DNA of 64,000 nt from Haliotis rufescens (GCF_023055435.1 NW_025964372.1:21266001-21330000), one strand, 5' to 3'. Shown: positions 13,201 to 25,420, numbered from the stretch's first letter. Made by a program: numbers and translations. Notes: a model not told the origin generated them from the letters alone.

Positions 13201-16200
13201 TTGTACTGTGACCACATCTCTCACTTGTGCTTGTACTGTGACCACATGTCTCACATGTGATTGTACTGTGACCACATATCTCACCTGTGCTTGTACTGTG
13301 ACCACATGTATCACCTGTGCTTGTACTGTGACCACATGTCTCACCTGTGCTTATACTGTGATCACATGTCTCACCTGTGCTTGTACTGTGACCACATGTC
13401 TCACCTGTGCTTGTAGTGTGACCACACATCTCACCTGTGCTTGTACTGTGACCACATGTCTCACCTGTGCTTGTACTGTGACCACATGTCTCACCTGTGC
13501 TTATACTGTGACCACATGTCTCACCTGTGCTTGTAGTGTGACCACATATCTCACCTGTGCTTGTACTGTGACCACATGTCTCACCTGTAATTGTACTGTT
13601 TCTCAATATCTCACCAGTGCTTGTAGTGTGACCACGTGTCTCAACTGTGCTTGTACTGTTTCTCCATATCTCACCTGTACTTGTACTGTTTCTCCATATC
13701 TCACCTGTGCTTGTACTGTGACCACATGTCTCACCTGTGCTTATACTGTTTCTCCATATCTCACCTGTGCTTGTAGTGTGACCACATGTCTCACCTGTGC
13801 TTATACTATAACCACATGTCTCACCTGTGCTTGTACTGTGACCACATGTCTCACCTGTACTTGTACTGTTTCTCCATATCTCACCTGTGCTTGTAGTGTG
13901 ACCACATGTCTCACCTGTGCTTGTACTGTTTCCCCACATCTCATCTGTGCTTGTACTGTTTCTCCATATCTCACCTGTACTTGTTCTGTTTCTCCATATC
14001 TCACCTGTGCTTGTAGTGTGACCACATGTCTCACCTGTGCTTGTACTGTTTTCCCGCATCTTATCTGTGCTTGTACTGCTTCCCCATATCTCACCCGTGC
14101 TTGTGCTACTTCCCCCTGCCTCACCTGTACTTGTGATGTGGTCTCACATCTCACCTGTGCTTGAACTGCTAGGTGAAATGCTCCCTTCTTAAATGGTTGC
14201 AGTCCTTTCTTGGGGTTGCGTTTTCCTTCAGGGAAAATCCAGACAATGACCTAAAAAAACAACTAAATGGTCAGCGAATGATTAATTTACAGCATATTCT
14301 TCCTCTTGATGGTGCGAGAGTTAGGGCGAGTGAGGAATAACGCATGTTGATATCACCAGACACACGTTCTTCCTCTTGGCGGTGTGAGGGCTAGGGTGAG
14401 TGAGGGATAGCGCATGTTGATGTCACCAGACATACATTCTTCCTATTGACGGTGTGAGGGCTAGGGTGAGTGAAGGATAACGCATGTTGATGTCACCAGA
14501 CATACATTCTTCCTCTTGACGATGTGAGGGCTAGGGTGAGTGAGGGATAACGCATGTTGATGTCACCAGACATACATTCTTCCTCTTGACGGTGTGAGGG
14601 CTAGGGTGAGTGAAGGATAACGCATGTTGATGTCACCAGACATACATTCTTCCTCTTGACGGTGTGAGGGCTAGGGTGAGTGAGGGATAGCGCATGTTGA
14701 TGTCACCAGACATACATTCTTCCTCTTGATGGTGTGAGGGTTTGGGTGAGTGAGGGATAACGCATGTTGATGTCACCAGACACACATTCTTCCTCTTGAT
14801 GGTGTGAGGGTTAGGATGAGTGAGGGATAACGCACGTTGATGTCACCACACACACATTCTTCCTCTTAATGCTGTGAGGGTTAGGGTGAATGAGGGATAA
14901 CGCACGTTGATGTCACCAGACACACATTCTTCCTCTTGACGATGTGAGGGGCAGGGTGAGTGAGGGATAACGCAATTTGATGTCACCGTACACACATTCT
15001 TCCTCTTGACGGTGTGAGGGTCAGGGTGAGTGAGGGATACCACGTGTTGATGTCACCAGACACACGTTCTTCCTCTTGATGGTTGAGGGTTAGGGTGAGT
15101 TAGGGATAGCGCATGTTGATGTCACCAGACACACATTCTTCCTCTTGACGGTGTGAGGGTCAGGGTGTGTGAGGGGTAACGCACGTTGACGTAACCGAAC
15201 TGACACAGTACTCACATTCTTCCTCTTGATGGTGCTCGCGGTGTTGACCATGGTGGAGATGGCGCTTTCGTGGTGCATGCGGTCGATGAAGATGCAACCA
15301 CACAGCCAACACGCAAGGCCGAACGGGCCGGCATACAGCAGCTCCTTCTTCGCAAGGAAGGTACACCTGCGGGGAATCATCATGCTCACACCTGCAATAC
15401 AAGAACACAGCATCAACTAGCTCACACCTGTAATACAAGAACACAGCATCACCTAGCTCACACCTGTAATACATTTACACAGCATCACCTAGCTCACACA
15501 TGCAATACATTTACACAGCATCACCTAGCTCACACCTGTAATACATTTACACAGAATCACCAAGCTCACACCTGCAATACAGGTACACAGCATCACCTAG
15601 CTCACACCTGCGATACAAGTACACAGCATCACCTAGCTCACACCTGCAATACAAGAACACAGCATCACCTAGCTCACACCTGCAATACAAGTACACAGCA
15701 TCACCTAGCTCACACCTGCAATACATGTACACAGCATCACCTAGCTCACACCTGCAATACAAGTACACAGCATCACCTAGTTCACACCTGCAATACAAGT
15801 ACATAGCATCACCTAGCTCACACCTGTAATACATTTACACAGCATCACCTAGCTCACACCTGCAATACAAGTACACAGCATCACCTAGCTCACACCTGCA
15901 ATACATGTACACAGCATCACCTAGCTCACACCTGCAATACAAGTACACAGCATCACCTAGCTTACACCTGCAATACAAGTACACATCATCACCTAGCTCA
16001 CACCTGTAATACATTTAAAAAGCATCACCTAGCTCACACCTGTAATACATTTACACAGCATCACCTAGCTCACACCTGCAATACATTTACATAGCATCAC
16101 CTAGCTCACACCTGTAATACATTTACACAGCATCACCTAGCTCACACCTGCAATACAAGTACACAGCATCACCTAGCTCACACCTGCAATACAAGTACAC

Positions 16201-19200
16201 AGCATCACTAAGCTCACACCTGCAATACAAGTACACATCATCACCTAGCTCACACCTGTAATACATTTAAAAAGCATCACCTAGCTCACACCTGTAATAC
16301 ATTTACACAGCATCACCTAGCTCACACCTGCAATACAAGTACACAGCATCACCTAGCTCACACCTGCCACACAAGTACACAGCATCACCTAGCTCACACC
16401 TGCAATACAAGTACACAGCATCACCTAGCTCACACCTGCAATACAAATACACAGCATCACCTAGCTCACACCTGCAATACATTTACACAGCATCACCTAG
16501 CTCACACCTGCAACACAAGTACACAGCATCACCTAGCTCACACCTGCAATACAAATACACAGCATCACCTAGCTCACACCTGCAATACATTTACACAGCA
16601 TCACCTAGCTCACACCTGCAATACAAGTACACAGCATCACCTAGCTCACACCTGCAATACAAGTACACAGCATCACCTAGCTCACACCTGCAATACAAGT
16701 ACACAGCATCACCTAGCTCACACCTGCAATACATGTACACAGCATCACCTAGCTCACACCTGCAATACAAGTACACAGCATCACCTAGCTAACACCTGCA
16801 ATACAAGTACACAGCATCACCTAGCTCACACCTGCAATACAAGTGCACAGCATCACCTAGCTTACACCTGCAATACAAGTACACATCATCACCTAGCTCA
16901 CACCTGTAATACATTTAAAAAGCATCACCTAGCTCACACCTGTAATACATTTACACAGCATCACCTAGCTCACACCTGCAATACATTTACATAGCATCAC
17001 CTAGCTCACACCTGTAATACATTTACACAGCATCACCTAGCTCACACCTGCAATACAAGTACACAGCATCACCTAGCTCACACCTGCAATACAAGTACAC
17101 AGCATCACTAAGCTCACACCTGCAATACAAGTACACATCATCACCTAGCTCACACCTGTAATACATTTAAAAAGCATCACCTAGCTCACACCTGTAATAC
17201 ATTTACACAGCATCACCTAGCTCACACCTGCAATACAAGTACACAGCATCACCTAGCTCACACCTGCAACACAAGTACACAGCATCACCTAGCTCACACC
17301 TGCAATACAAGTACACAGCATCACCTAGCTCACACCTGCAATACAAATACACAGCATCACCTAGCTCACACCTGCAATACATTTACACAGCATCACCTAG
17401 CTCACACCTGCAACACAAGTACACAGCATCACCTAGCTCACACCTGCAATACAAATACACAGCATCACCTAGCTCACACCTGCAATACATTTACACAGCA
17501 TCACCTAGCTCACACCTGCAATACAAGTACACAGCATCACCTAGCTCACACCTGCAATACAAGTACACAGCATCACCTAGCTCACACCTGCAATACAAGT
17601 ACACAGCATCACCTAGCTCACACCTGCAATACATGTACACAGCATCACCTAGCTCACACCTGCAATACAAGTACACAGCATCACCTAGCTAACACCTGCA
17701 ATACAAGTACACAGCATCACCTAGCTCACACCTGCAATACAAGTACACAGCATCACCTAGCTGACACCTGTAATACATTTACACAGCATCACCTAGCTCA
17801 AACCTTAAATACAAGTACACAGCATCACTTGGCTCACACCTGTAATACATTTATACAGCATCACCTAGCTCACAACTTTTATACATTTACACAGCATCAC
17901 CTAGCTCACACCTGCAATACAAGTACACAGCGTCACCTAGCTCACACCTGCAATACATGTACACAGCATCACCTAGCTCACACCTGTAATACAAGTACAC
18001 AGCATCACTAAGCTCACACCTGCAATACAAGAACACAGCATCACTAAGCTCACACCTGCAATACCAGTACACAAGTACACAGCATCACCTTGCTCACACC
18101 TGCAACACAAGTACACAGCATCACCTAGCTCACACCTGTAATACAAGTACACAGCATCACCTAGCTCACACCTGTAATACCAGAACACAGCATCACCTAG
18201 GTCAAACCTTAAATACATGTACACAGCATCACCTAGCTCACACCTGTAATACAAGTATGCGGCATCACCTAGGTCAAACCTTAAATACATGTACACAGCA
18301 TCACCTAGCTCACACCTGTAATACAAGTATGCTGCATCACCTAGCTCACACCTGTAATACAAGTACACAGCATCACCTAGCTCATACCTGCAATACAAGA
18401 ACACAGCATCACCTAGCTCACACCTGTAATACAAGTACATAGCATCACCTAGCTCACACCTGCAATACAAGTATGCGGCATCACCTTGCTCACACCTGCA
18501 ACACAAGTACACAGCATCACCTAGCTCACACCTGCAATACAAGTACACAGCATCACCTAGCTCACACCTGTAATACAAGTACATAGCATCACCTAGCTCA
18601 CACCTGCAATACAAGTACACAGCATCACCTAGCTCACACCTGCAAAACAAGTACACAAGTACACAGCATCACCTTGCTCACTACTATAATACATTTACAC
18701 AGCATCACCTAGCTCACATCGGTAATACAAGTACACAGCATCAACTAGCTCACACCTTAATACATTTTCACAGTGACACAGCAATACAAGAATACAGTAT
18801 CACTTAGCTCAGACCTGTAATACATTTACAGTGACACATGGTTCACTCCAGCAATACTGACATCCATTACAGGATTAAAAACGAGGAAGTCTTCTGGACT
18901 AGATCGTATTACAAATGAATATCTAAACTCTTCAGCTTCAAAATTATTACCATTTCATACTAAATATTACACAGTTAACACACAGCCCTGACGGACTCAC
19001 GTGAACACTAAAACAGTTAACACACAGCCCTGATGGACTCACGTGAACACTGAAACAGTTAACACACAGTCCCGACGGACTCCACGTGAACACTGAAACA
19101 GTAAACACACAGCCCTGACGGACTCACGTGAACACTGAAACAGTTTACACACAGCCCTGACGGACTCACGTGAACACTGAAACAGTTAACACACAGCCCT

Positions 19201-22200
19201 GACGGACTCACGTGAACACTGAAACAGTTAACACACAGCCCTGACGGACTCACGTGAACACTGAAACAGTTAACACACAGTCCCGACGGACTCCACGTGA
19301 ACACTGAAACAGTAAACACACAGCCCTGACGGACTCACGTGAACACTGAAACAGTTTACACACAGCCCTGACGGACTCACGTGAACACTGAAACAGTTAA
19401 CGCACAGTCCTGACGGACTCCACGTGAACACTGAAACAGTTAACACACAGTCCTGACGGATTCACGTGAACACTGAAACAGTTAACACACAGTCCTTACG
19501 GACTCACGTGAACACTGAAACAGTTAACCCACAGCCCTGACGGACTCCACGTGAACACTGAAACAGTTAACACACAGCCCTGACGGACTCCACGTGGGCA
19601 TTGAAATAGTTAACACACAGCCCTGACGGACTCACGTGAACACTGAAACAGTTAACCCACAGCCCTGACGGACTCCACGTGGGCATTGAAATAGTTAACA
19701 CACAGCCCTGACGGACTCACGTGAACACTAAACTAATTAACACAAAGCCATAATAACAATAAAATGTATAATGTTGGAACTAAAACAAGATAAAAATCGA
19801 CTGTCTATTTCAAGTTTGAGCTTGGACAGTGGGCTTGGAATTTGGCGCGTTTCTATATCCGACTGATATGTCATATCTTTTGCGACACAATAGGCGATGC
19901 TTGAGTGAATGAGTGAGTTTTGAAAAGTATTCCAGTTATATCACGGCGTGTCAGCTTAATACTGAGGGGAAGGCCCGAATGGATGCATGTCTCAGATGTT
20001 TACCACTTTGGTGAAACCCACGAGCACGGGTAGGGTGCTGACAAAGCTAGAAACTAATCAGGGCAAACTGGGATTACAATCCACAAACATAGGTTCCTGA
20101 CGTGCCGAAGGGACGCAACTCTGCACAGCGCATTGCTGCGCCTCAGACGACATGGCCATGTGTGACCCTAAGCAATGCTTGAAATGTATGTAAGCAGGGT
20201 ATGAAACTCCCAAAAATTTCAGCTAGACCACAGGACTGGCTACCTGAAATACTTGCCAGCCCTGACCAAAACCTGCCTGCCCACTATAATCATATGTTTC
20301 TCTGAAGGGATGGGGATTGCATAATAACAGCTCTACAAACAACATACCATAATTCTTTGCAATAACATTACATATATTCCACTACAATGCGTGATATACT
20401 TTGAATGTAAATCACGACGCGGAAAATAAATGCTTGCTTCAGATTGCTTGCTCTTTTACAGAAAGTTCGTACATTTTGTTTTACCAGAAGTAGTATTTTA
20501 ATAGGGGAAATTATGTTTTCATTTTAAATTGGTTCAACAAAACTAAATTATAAATATTCTGATTAGTAAAACTAGTATCTCATTAGGTAAAGTATGTTTA
20601 CTCAAAATATTTATGATCTCTAAGACTCTATGTTCACAACATGTCTGTACGACTGCAAAACTTTTAACTAACTGTGATACCTGGTTTATCCACCGTAGCA
20701 AACCTTTATATCTTCACAGATGAGAAGAAATTACAATTTTATCAACAAGTAAAGAATTTTTATTATCTTTGATATATCTTATTAGAAAGGATACCCGCAC
20801 TATGGTGTAGAGTTAACATTTTGGGGAGTAATATACAATGTAGCGTAGCGCAACTGAGACCGGGAACCAGGTTTGTTGTGTAGGAAATTAATAGACCAAT
20901 CAGCGTGTGCGTCACACGGCGGAGAAGGGAGTTTTCCAGTCGTGTATATTGCACGGCATTGGTCCACTATTTGCACGATATCGTGTATACAGACGGTCCT
21001 TTTGTAGCATAAGCACATCGCTAAATTTTAGGTTGTCTAAAAGCTAACAGGGTTTCTTTTTGGTTACATTTTATCATTCATTATACATGTGAATTAATGC
21101 TCATCAACGGGAAATATTTAGAATATTTTCACATATGAAATATAAACCGACCATCGGGCAGGGAGATTTGAAAATCTGGCAGCCCGAGTTGAAATCACCC
21201 CGTCTCGGACGGTCGGGCAGGCAGGTATTTCGAACACTGATGTAAGTAACGTATAATGATGTAAAACAACAATGTTTGAGTATATACAGCTGCATACTTA
21301 TACATATTTCTTTAAATCAAGTCGAAAACCCTCTGAAAAACATTGGCTGCAACCCATGGCGCTTCAATCACTATCTTCACTAACACCACGCGTTCGCGTT
21401 TCATTTAGTCATGCAAGAATGGAAATAAAAATAATGTGTTTTCAATGTGGAGCTGAGCGTTCGGTTCTAAATTCAATTTATATCTACAGATAACCTAGGC
21501 AGTTAAGAAAACACAGTAGATTACCTCCTAAATGATTAAGGTAAGAAAATCCACGGTTTGACAAACTCTTACCCAGAAAGTCAAGATGGCGCCGGTGGGT
21601 AAACATTAGCAGAAATTTCTTAGGATTATGGGAATATTTTGGTGGTTTTTTTTATGTTAATTATCTAAAAGAGAAGCTATCTCTGGCGGTTGGACAACGC
21701 CTACATACACGCAGGATGTTAAAATATGCGTCTATCCGGTAGCCCGTGGCTTTTTTCTTTGCTTTCCTGCAAGTGAAAACAATCTGGCGACTGGCTAGCC
21801 TATTTTTCTTAGATTTGCCCCCTTCTAAAATAGAAAATTTTCGCTTGAAGAATAAGATCAAGTTCCAAAAGCAATAGTTCCTGTTATTCAGCTCTCGCGA
21901 TCTCGCTAGCTTTGTAGTTCAAACCTTTTTGAAACTTGAAATATTTCCCCTCTCTGCTACCAGATTTCTGCTTGTATTTGGAAGGGAAACTTAACTCTGA
22001 ATTTGACGAGTTAACAACTGTTTAGCTAGTCCGGCTTGTCAGTACTGATGACAAACTATTTCACACATCGCACTAACGAGTAAGTTGGACACAGCATACC
22101 TATGAAGTCGAGCGAGCTCTGGTGGTTAGACACGAGAATATAGGGCTTGTCTGACTCCAAGTTGTGCAGATCTCGCAACTCTGCACGGATCCCCAGCAAT

Positions 22201-24880
22201 AAAGAACAGACACCGAACGGTGGTATCAGATATCTGAAACACACGTAAATATACATAGTAGGTCTCAGTCCACAGCGTGAGCTATGTCGTCTAACATCAC
22301 TAGGTACACAGTACCAACACAACAATGCTCCATGCATAAAGTGATACACGTTCACGGCACATTTTTTCTCTTAGAAAATGTGAAAAACACGTGCCGCTTG
22401 GGAAGCCGAAACTACCCGTGCAATAAGAATATATAAATGATATGGACGACATGTCAGACAGTCAGTTACAGTTTTATTATGGCAGCGGTGGGATATAAAA
22501 AAAAATACTGATATATAACACCAAAAAAAACCCAACAACAAAAACCAAAAAGAAAGGCCACGACTGACACTCGAACAACGTGAGCAGGACCTGGGTATGA
22601 CACAGATTGGAGCCACCCATGCCCACATCGCTAACCTGATGCAACGTTAACGGACAGACCGGACAGACATCAGGCAGACAAACAACAGGCAGACCCAGGG
22701 TAACTACGCCCAATGAGACCGGTAATTGCGTGCTTTGCATTTCCGAAATCCATTCCTGATAGTGACGTCAACAGCGATGATTGCCTCTGTAGGGCATATA
22801 ATTAGTTGACAGACAGTGGCCAGGCCAGGAACAGGGGCTTACAGACATTACAGAGGACAGCGCAACATCATCGTCAGAGTTGGGCCTGGACTATACGTCG
22901 TTCGCGTTGACGTGACAGGCAGAGAGTCATCTTTACTGATGAAAGCCGGTTCTGTCTGTTCTGAACTGAAGGAAGACAGCGTGTTTACCGTCGAAGGTGA
23001 GTGAGTGAGTGAGTATGGTTTTACGCCGCTTTTAGCAATATTCCAGCAATATCACGGCGGGGGACACCACAAATGGGCTTCACACATTGTACCCATCTCG
23101 GGAATCGAACCCGGGTCTTCGGCGTGACGAGCGAACGCTTTAACCACTAGGCTACCCGACCGCCCCCCGTCGAAGGTGAGGACGAACGCCGGCATATGAC
23201 GTTCAGGAGGTAAGCTCCGTATGGAGGCGGGGGGTTTATTGTGTGAGGAGGAACTGGAGGGCAGGTGAGAACACCATTGGTCATCGTTAACGGAAATTTG
23301 ACAGCTCAGCGATACATTGGTGACATTCATCGCCCGATTGTCCTACCACTTCTACAACAGTTGCCACGCGGTGTCCTTGTCCATGGTGTCCATGATAACG
23401 CCAGACCCCATACAGCCCCAATAGTACAGAGCTTCCTTGCAGCCAACAACGTCAACGTGTTGCCGTGGCCTGCACGCTCCCCAGACATGCCCCCGATAGA
23501 ACACCTCTGGGATGCCATGGATCGTCGTGTTCAACAGCGACCAACCACATCCTCCAGCCAACCGACAAGAACTGATCAAAGCCCGACAAGAAGAATGGCG
23601 ACGTATCCCACGTGAGGTCATCAGATGATGAACCGGGGAGTTATTGCGTGTCTTGTAGCAGGGGAATGCCATACACGCTATTAATGTGACGTGTCATTGA
23701 ACGATTTGAGCGATTTTTAGATGTGTGTGCCCTTTGATTACGTTCTATCACACACATATCTCTACACACTCCATTCTATCACACACATTTCTCTATAAAC
23801 GTCATTCCATCACACACATATATCTACACACGCTACTCTATCACACACACACACACATATCTCTACACACGCTATTTTATCACATATAGATCTTTACACA
23901 CCCTATTTTTCACACACATATCTCTACACACGATATTGTATCACACATATCTCTACACACGCTACTCTATCACACACACATATCTCTACACACGCTATCC
24001 TTCACAAACATATCTCTACTCGTGCTATTCTATCCCACACATATCTCTACACACGTTATTCTATCCCACACATATCTCTACACACGTTATTCTATCCCAC
24101 ACATATCTCTACACACGTTATTCTATCCCACACATATCTCTACACACGTTATTCTATCACACACATATCTCTACACACGTTATTCTATCCCACACATATC
24201 TCTACACACGTTATTCTATCACACACATATCTCTACACACGTTATTCAATCACACACATATCTCTACACACGTTACTTTTTCACACACATATCTCTATTC
24301 GTGCTATTCTATCCCACAAGGGGGCACGGGTGGCCCATTCGTCTAAAGCGCCGCGATTCGCTGTGCAGAGTTGCGTCCCTTGGTCACGCCAGAAACCTAT
24401 GATTTTGGGTTCGAATCCCGGTTCGCCCCGATTATGTTCCTAGGTTTGTCGGCACCATACCCGTGCTCGTGGGTTTCACCGAAATGGTAAACGTCGGAGA
24501 CCTGCATCACCTCGGGCTTTCCTCCCACATTAAGCTGACACGCCGTGATATAACTGGAATACTGTTAAAAGCGGCGTTACAACCCAACTCACTCACTCTA
24601 TCACACACATAGTTCTCTACACGTGTTTTTCCATCACACACATATCTCTCTATACGCACTATACTATCCATCACAGATCTCTACACATATATCATAGAAT
24701 CATGGTTCACCTGAAGTTGTTGGCGTTACCGGGGCTGAGCAACGACAGCAACATCACCACGACAGCAGACGCCGACATAAACGTGTAGTACGTCAAGAAC
24801 TTCACAAACAGCTGGACCGTGGGCTTCAGTTTACACATCACCCACACCACGCCCAGCAGGCCCAAACCCACCAGCCACAT
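10249..24880 (-). CDS. AGPAT1/2: AGPAT1/2-like acyltransferase, paralog B, about 255 aa. Exons 24880-24711, 22233-22100, 15391-15216, 14250-14155, 12807-12741, 10373-10249
   Basis: Six exons (170+134+176+96+67+125=768 nt), all GT-AG and in frame to TAG. Motifs [24 protein letters not shown]; AATAAA on the minus strand at 10104-10109. Confidence 0.93.
10472..10644. mobile_element. Small TA-TSD MITE (pogo/Tigger-like)
   Basis: ta|cagtaaattacgtttataacgaac ... gttcgttataaccgtagtttactg|ta. Confidence 0.75.
10680..11960 (-). mobile_element. L2/CR1-type LINE 3' relic, interrupted by a TTAA element
   Basis: [26 protein letters not shown] resembles the L2 ORF2 C-terminus; tail-like tttgtatagcgc..gctcgaaagcgct at about 10695-10740. 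Confidence 0.55.
10907..11559. mobile_element. Non-autonomous DNA transposon with TTAA TSD (Kolobok-like)
   Basis: ttaa|aggggaagtgtacacg ... cgtgtgaacttgccct|ttaa; internal inverted repeat at about 11101-11135 and 11330-11368. Confidence 0.7.
12039..12297 (+). mobile_element. SINE family S3 with Nin-like core
   Basis: gcttgtcgtaagaggcgactaa core and (aaac)n tail; several copies in the window. Confidence 0.8.
12880..14168. repeat. 30-bp minisatellite (29-bp variant distally) derived from the paralog B exon-4 donor
   Basis: Unit tcacctgtgcttgtactgtgaccacatgtc; minus strand reads GTACAAGCACAG|gtgaga. Confidence 0.95.
14295..15234. repeat. 70-bp minisatellite derived from the paralog B exon-3 donor
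   Basis: Each unit carries acattcttcctcttga, i.e. TCAAGAGGAAGAAT|gt on the minus strand. Confidence 0.95.
15384..18835. repeat. 36-bp minisatellite derived from the paralog B exon-3 acceptor
   Basis: Unit gctcacacctgcaatacaagtacacagcatcaccta, about 95 copies. Confidence 0.96.
18970..19745. repeat. 42-bp minisatellite with CACGTG in each unit
   Basis: acagttaacacacagccctgacggactcacgtgaacactgaa. Confidence 0.93.
19902..20168 (-). mobile_element. SINE family S1
   Basis: Reverse-complement similarity to 24320-24598. Confidence 0.75.
20195..21239. mobile_element. hAT-like non-autonomous element (tentative)
   Basis: cagggtatgaaa ... tttcgaacactg imperfect TIRs flanked by atgtaag on both sides. 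Confidence 0.4.
22555..23683 (+). pseudogene. Degenerate Tc1-like transposase interrupted by a SINE (paralog B intron 1)
   Basis: RLTLEQREQ-like N-terminus, [10 protein letters not shown] at about 22930, [22 protein letters not shown] in ORF 23265-23615; contains stops and frameshifts. Confidence 0.85.
22997..23168 (-). mobile_element. Short tRNA-derived SINE (family S2), full length with TSD
   Basis: A box tagcctagtgg, B box ggttcgattcc, (actc)n tail; TSD ccgtcgaaggtgag. Confidence 0.88.
23742..24690. repeat. About 31-bp CA/TA-rich minisatellite interrupted by a SINE
   Basis: atcacacacatatctctacacacgttattct. Confidence 0.88.
24320..24598 (+). mobile_element. SINE family S1: tRNA-like head with long A-B box spacing, V-like core, (actc)n tail
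   Basis: tggcccattcgt A-like box, ggttcgaatcc B box, core gtgggtttcaccg..ttcctcccac; five copies in the window. Confidence 0.82.
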
Positions 24881-24909
24881 GATGCTCGGTCTGTACAGAT
24901 GGAGGAACT

Positions 24910-25420
24910 CTGTGTTGTCGTGGTACCCACCGAGGGCGACGAAGTGTTGTCGTGGTATCCACCGAGGGCGACGAAGTGTTGTATGTCGTGGTACCCACCG
25001 AGGGCGACGAAGTGTTGTGTTGTCGTGGTATCCACCCAGGGCGACGAAGTATTGTGTTGTCGTGGTAACCACAGAGAGCGACTTGTGCTGTCGAGGTTTC
25101 CACCGAGAGCGATTACTTGTGTTGTCGTGGTAGGCACAGAGAGCGACGACGTGTTGTGCTGTCGAGGTATCCACCGAGAGTAACTACTTGTGTTATAGTG
25201 GTAGACACCGAGAGCGACGACGTGTTGAGCTGCCGAGGTATCCACCGAGAGCGACGATGTGTTGTGTTGTCTGGGTATCCACCGAGAGCGATTGCTTGTG
25301 TTGTCGTGGTATCCACCGAGAGCGACGACGTGTTGTGCTGTTGAGGTATCCACCGAGAGCGACGACGCGTTTTTTTGTCGTGAACGACGACTTGTGTTGT
25401 GTATCAATCGAGAGCGAAGA
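24910..25420. repeat. About 33-37-bp self-complementary minisatellite just upstream of the paralog B ATG
   Basis: gtgttgtcgtggtatccaccgagagcgacg units. Confidence 0.88.

Noticed and set aside
13013-14164. 348-aa and 352-aa Cys/Thr-rich ORFs on both strands
   Set aside because: 30-bp repeat translations; only the exon-4 read-through frame has a plausible route to translation
15270-18656. [10 protein letters not shown] / HHLAHTCNT repeat ORFs (metallothionein- or EGF-looking)
   Set aside because: 36-bp array artefacts; the frame continuous with the gene has a TAG in nearly every unit
23090-23168. tRNA gene candidates (also near 24320, 34550, 43820, 49575, 53794)
   Set aside because: A/B boxes belong to dispersed SINE heads with shared tails and TSDs; no complete cloverleaf evident
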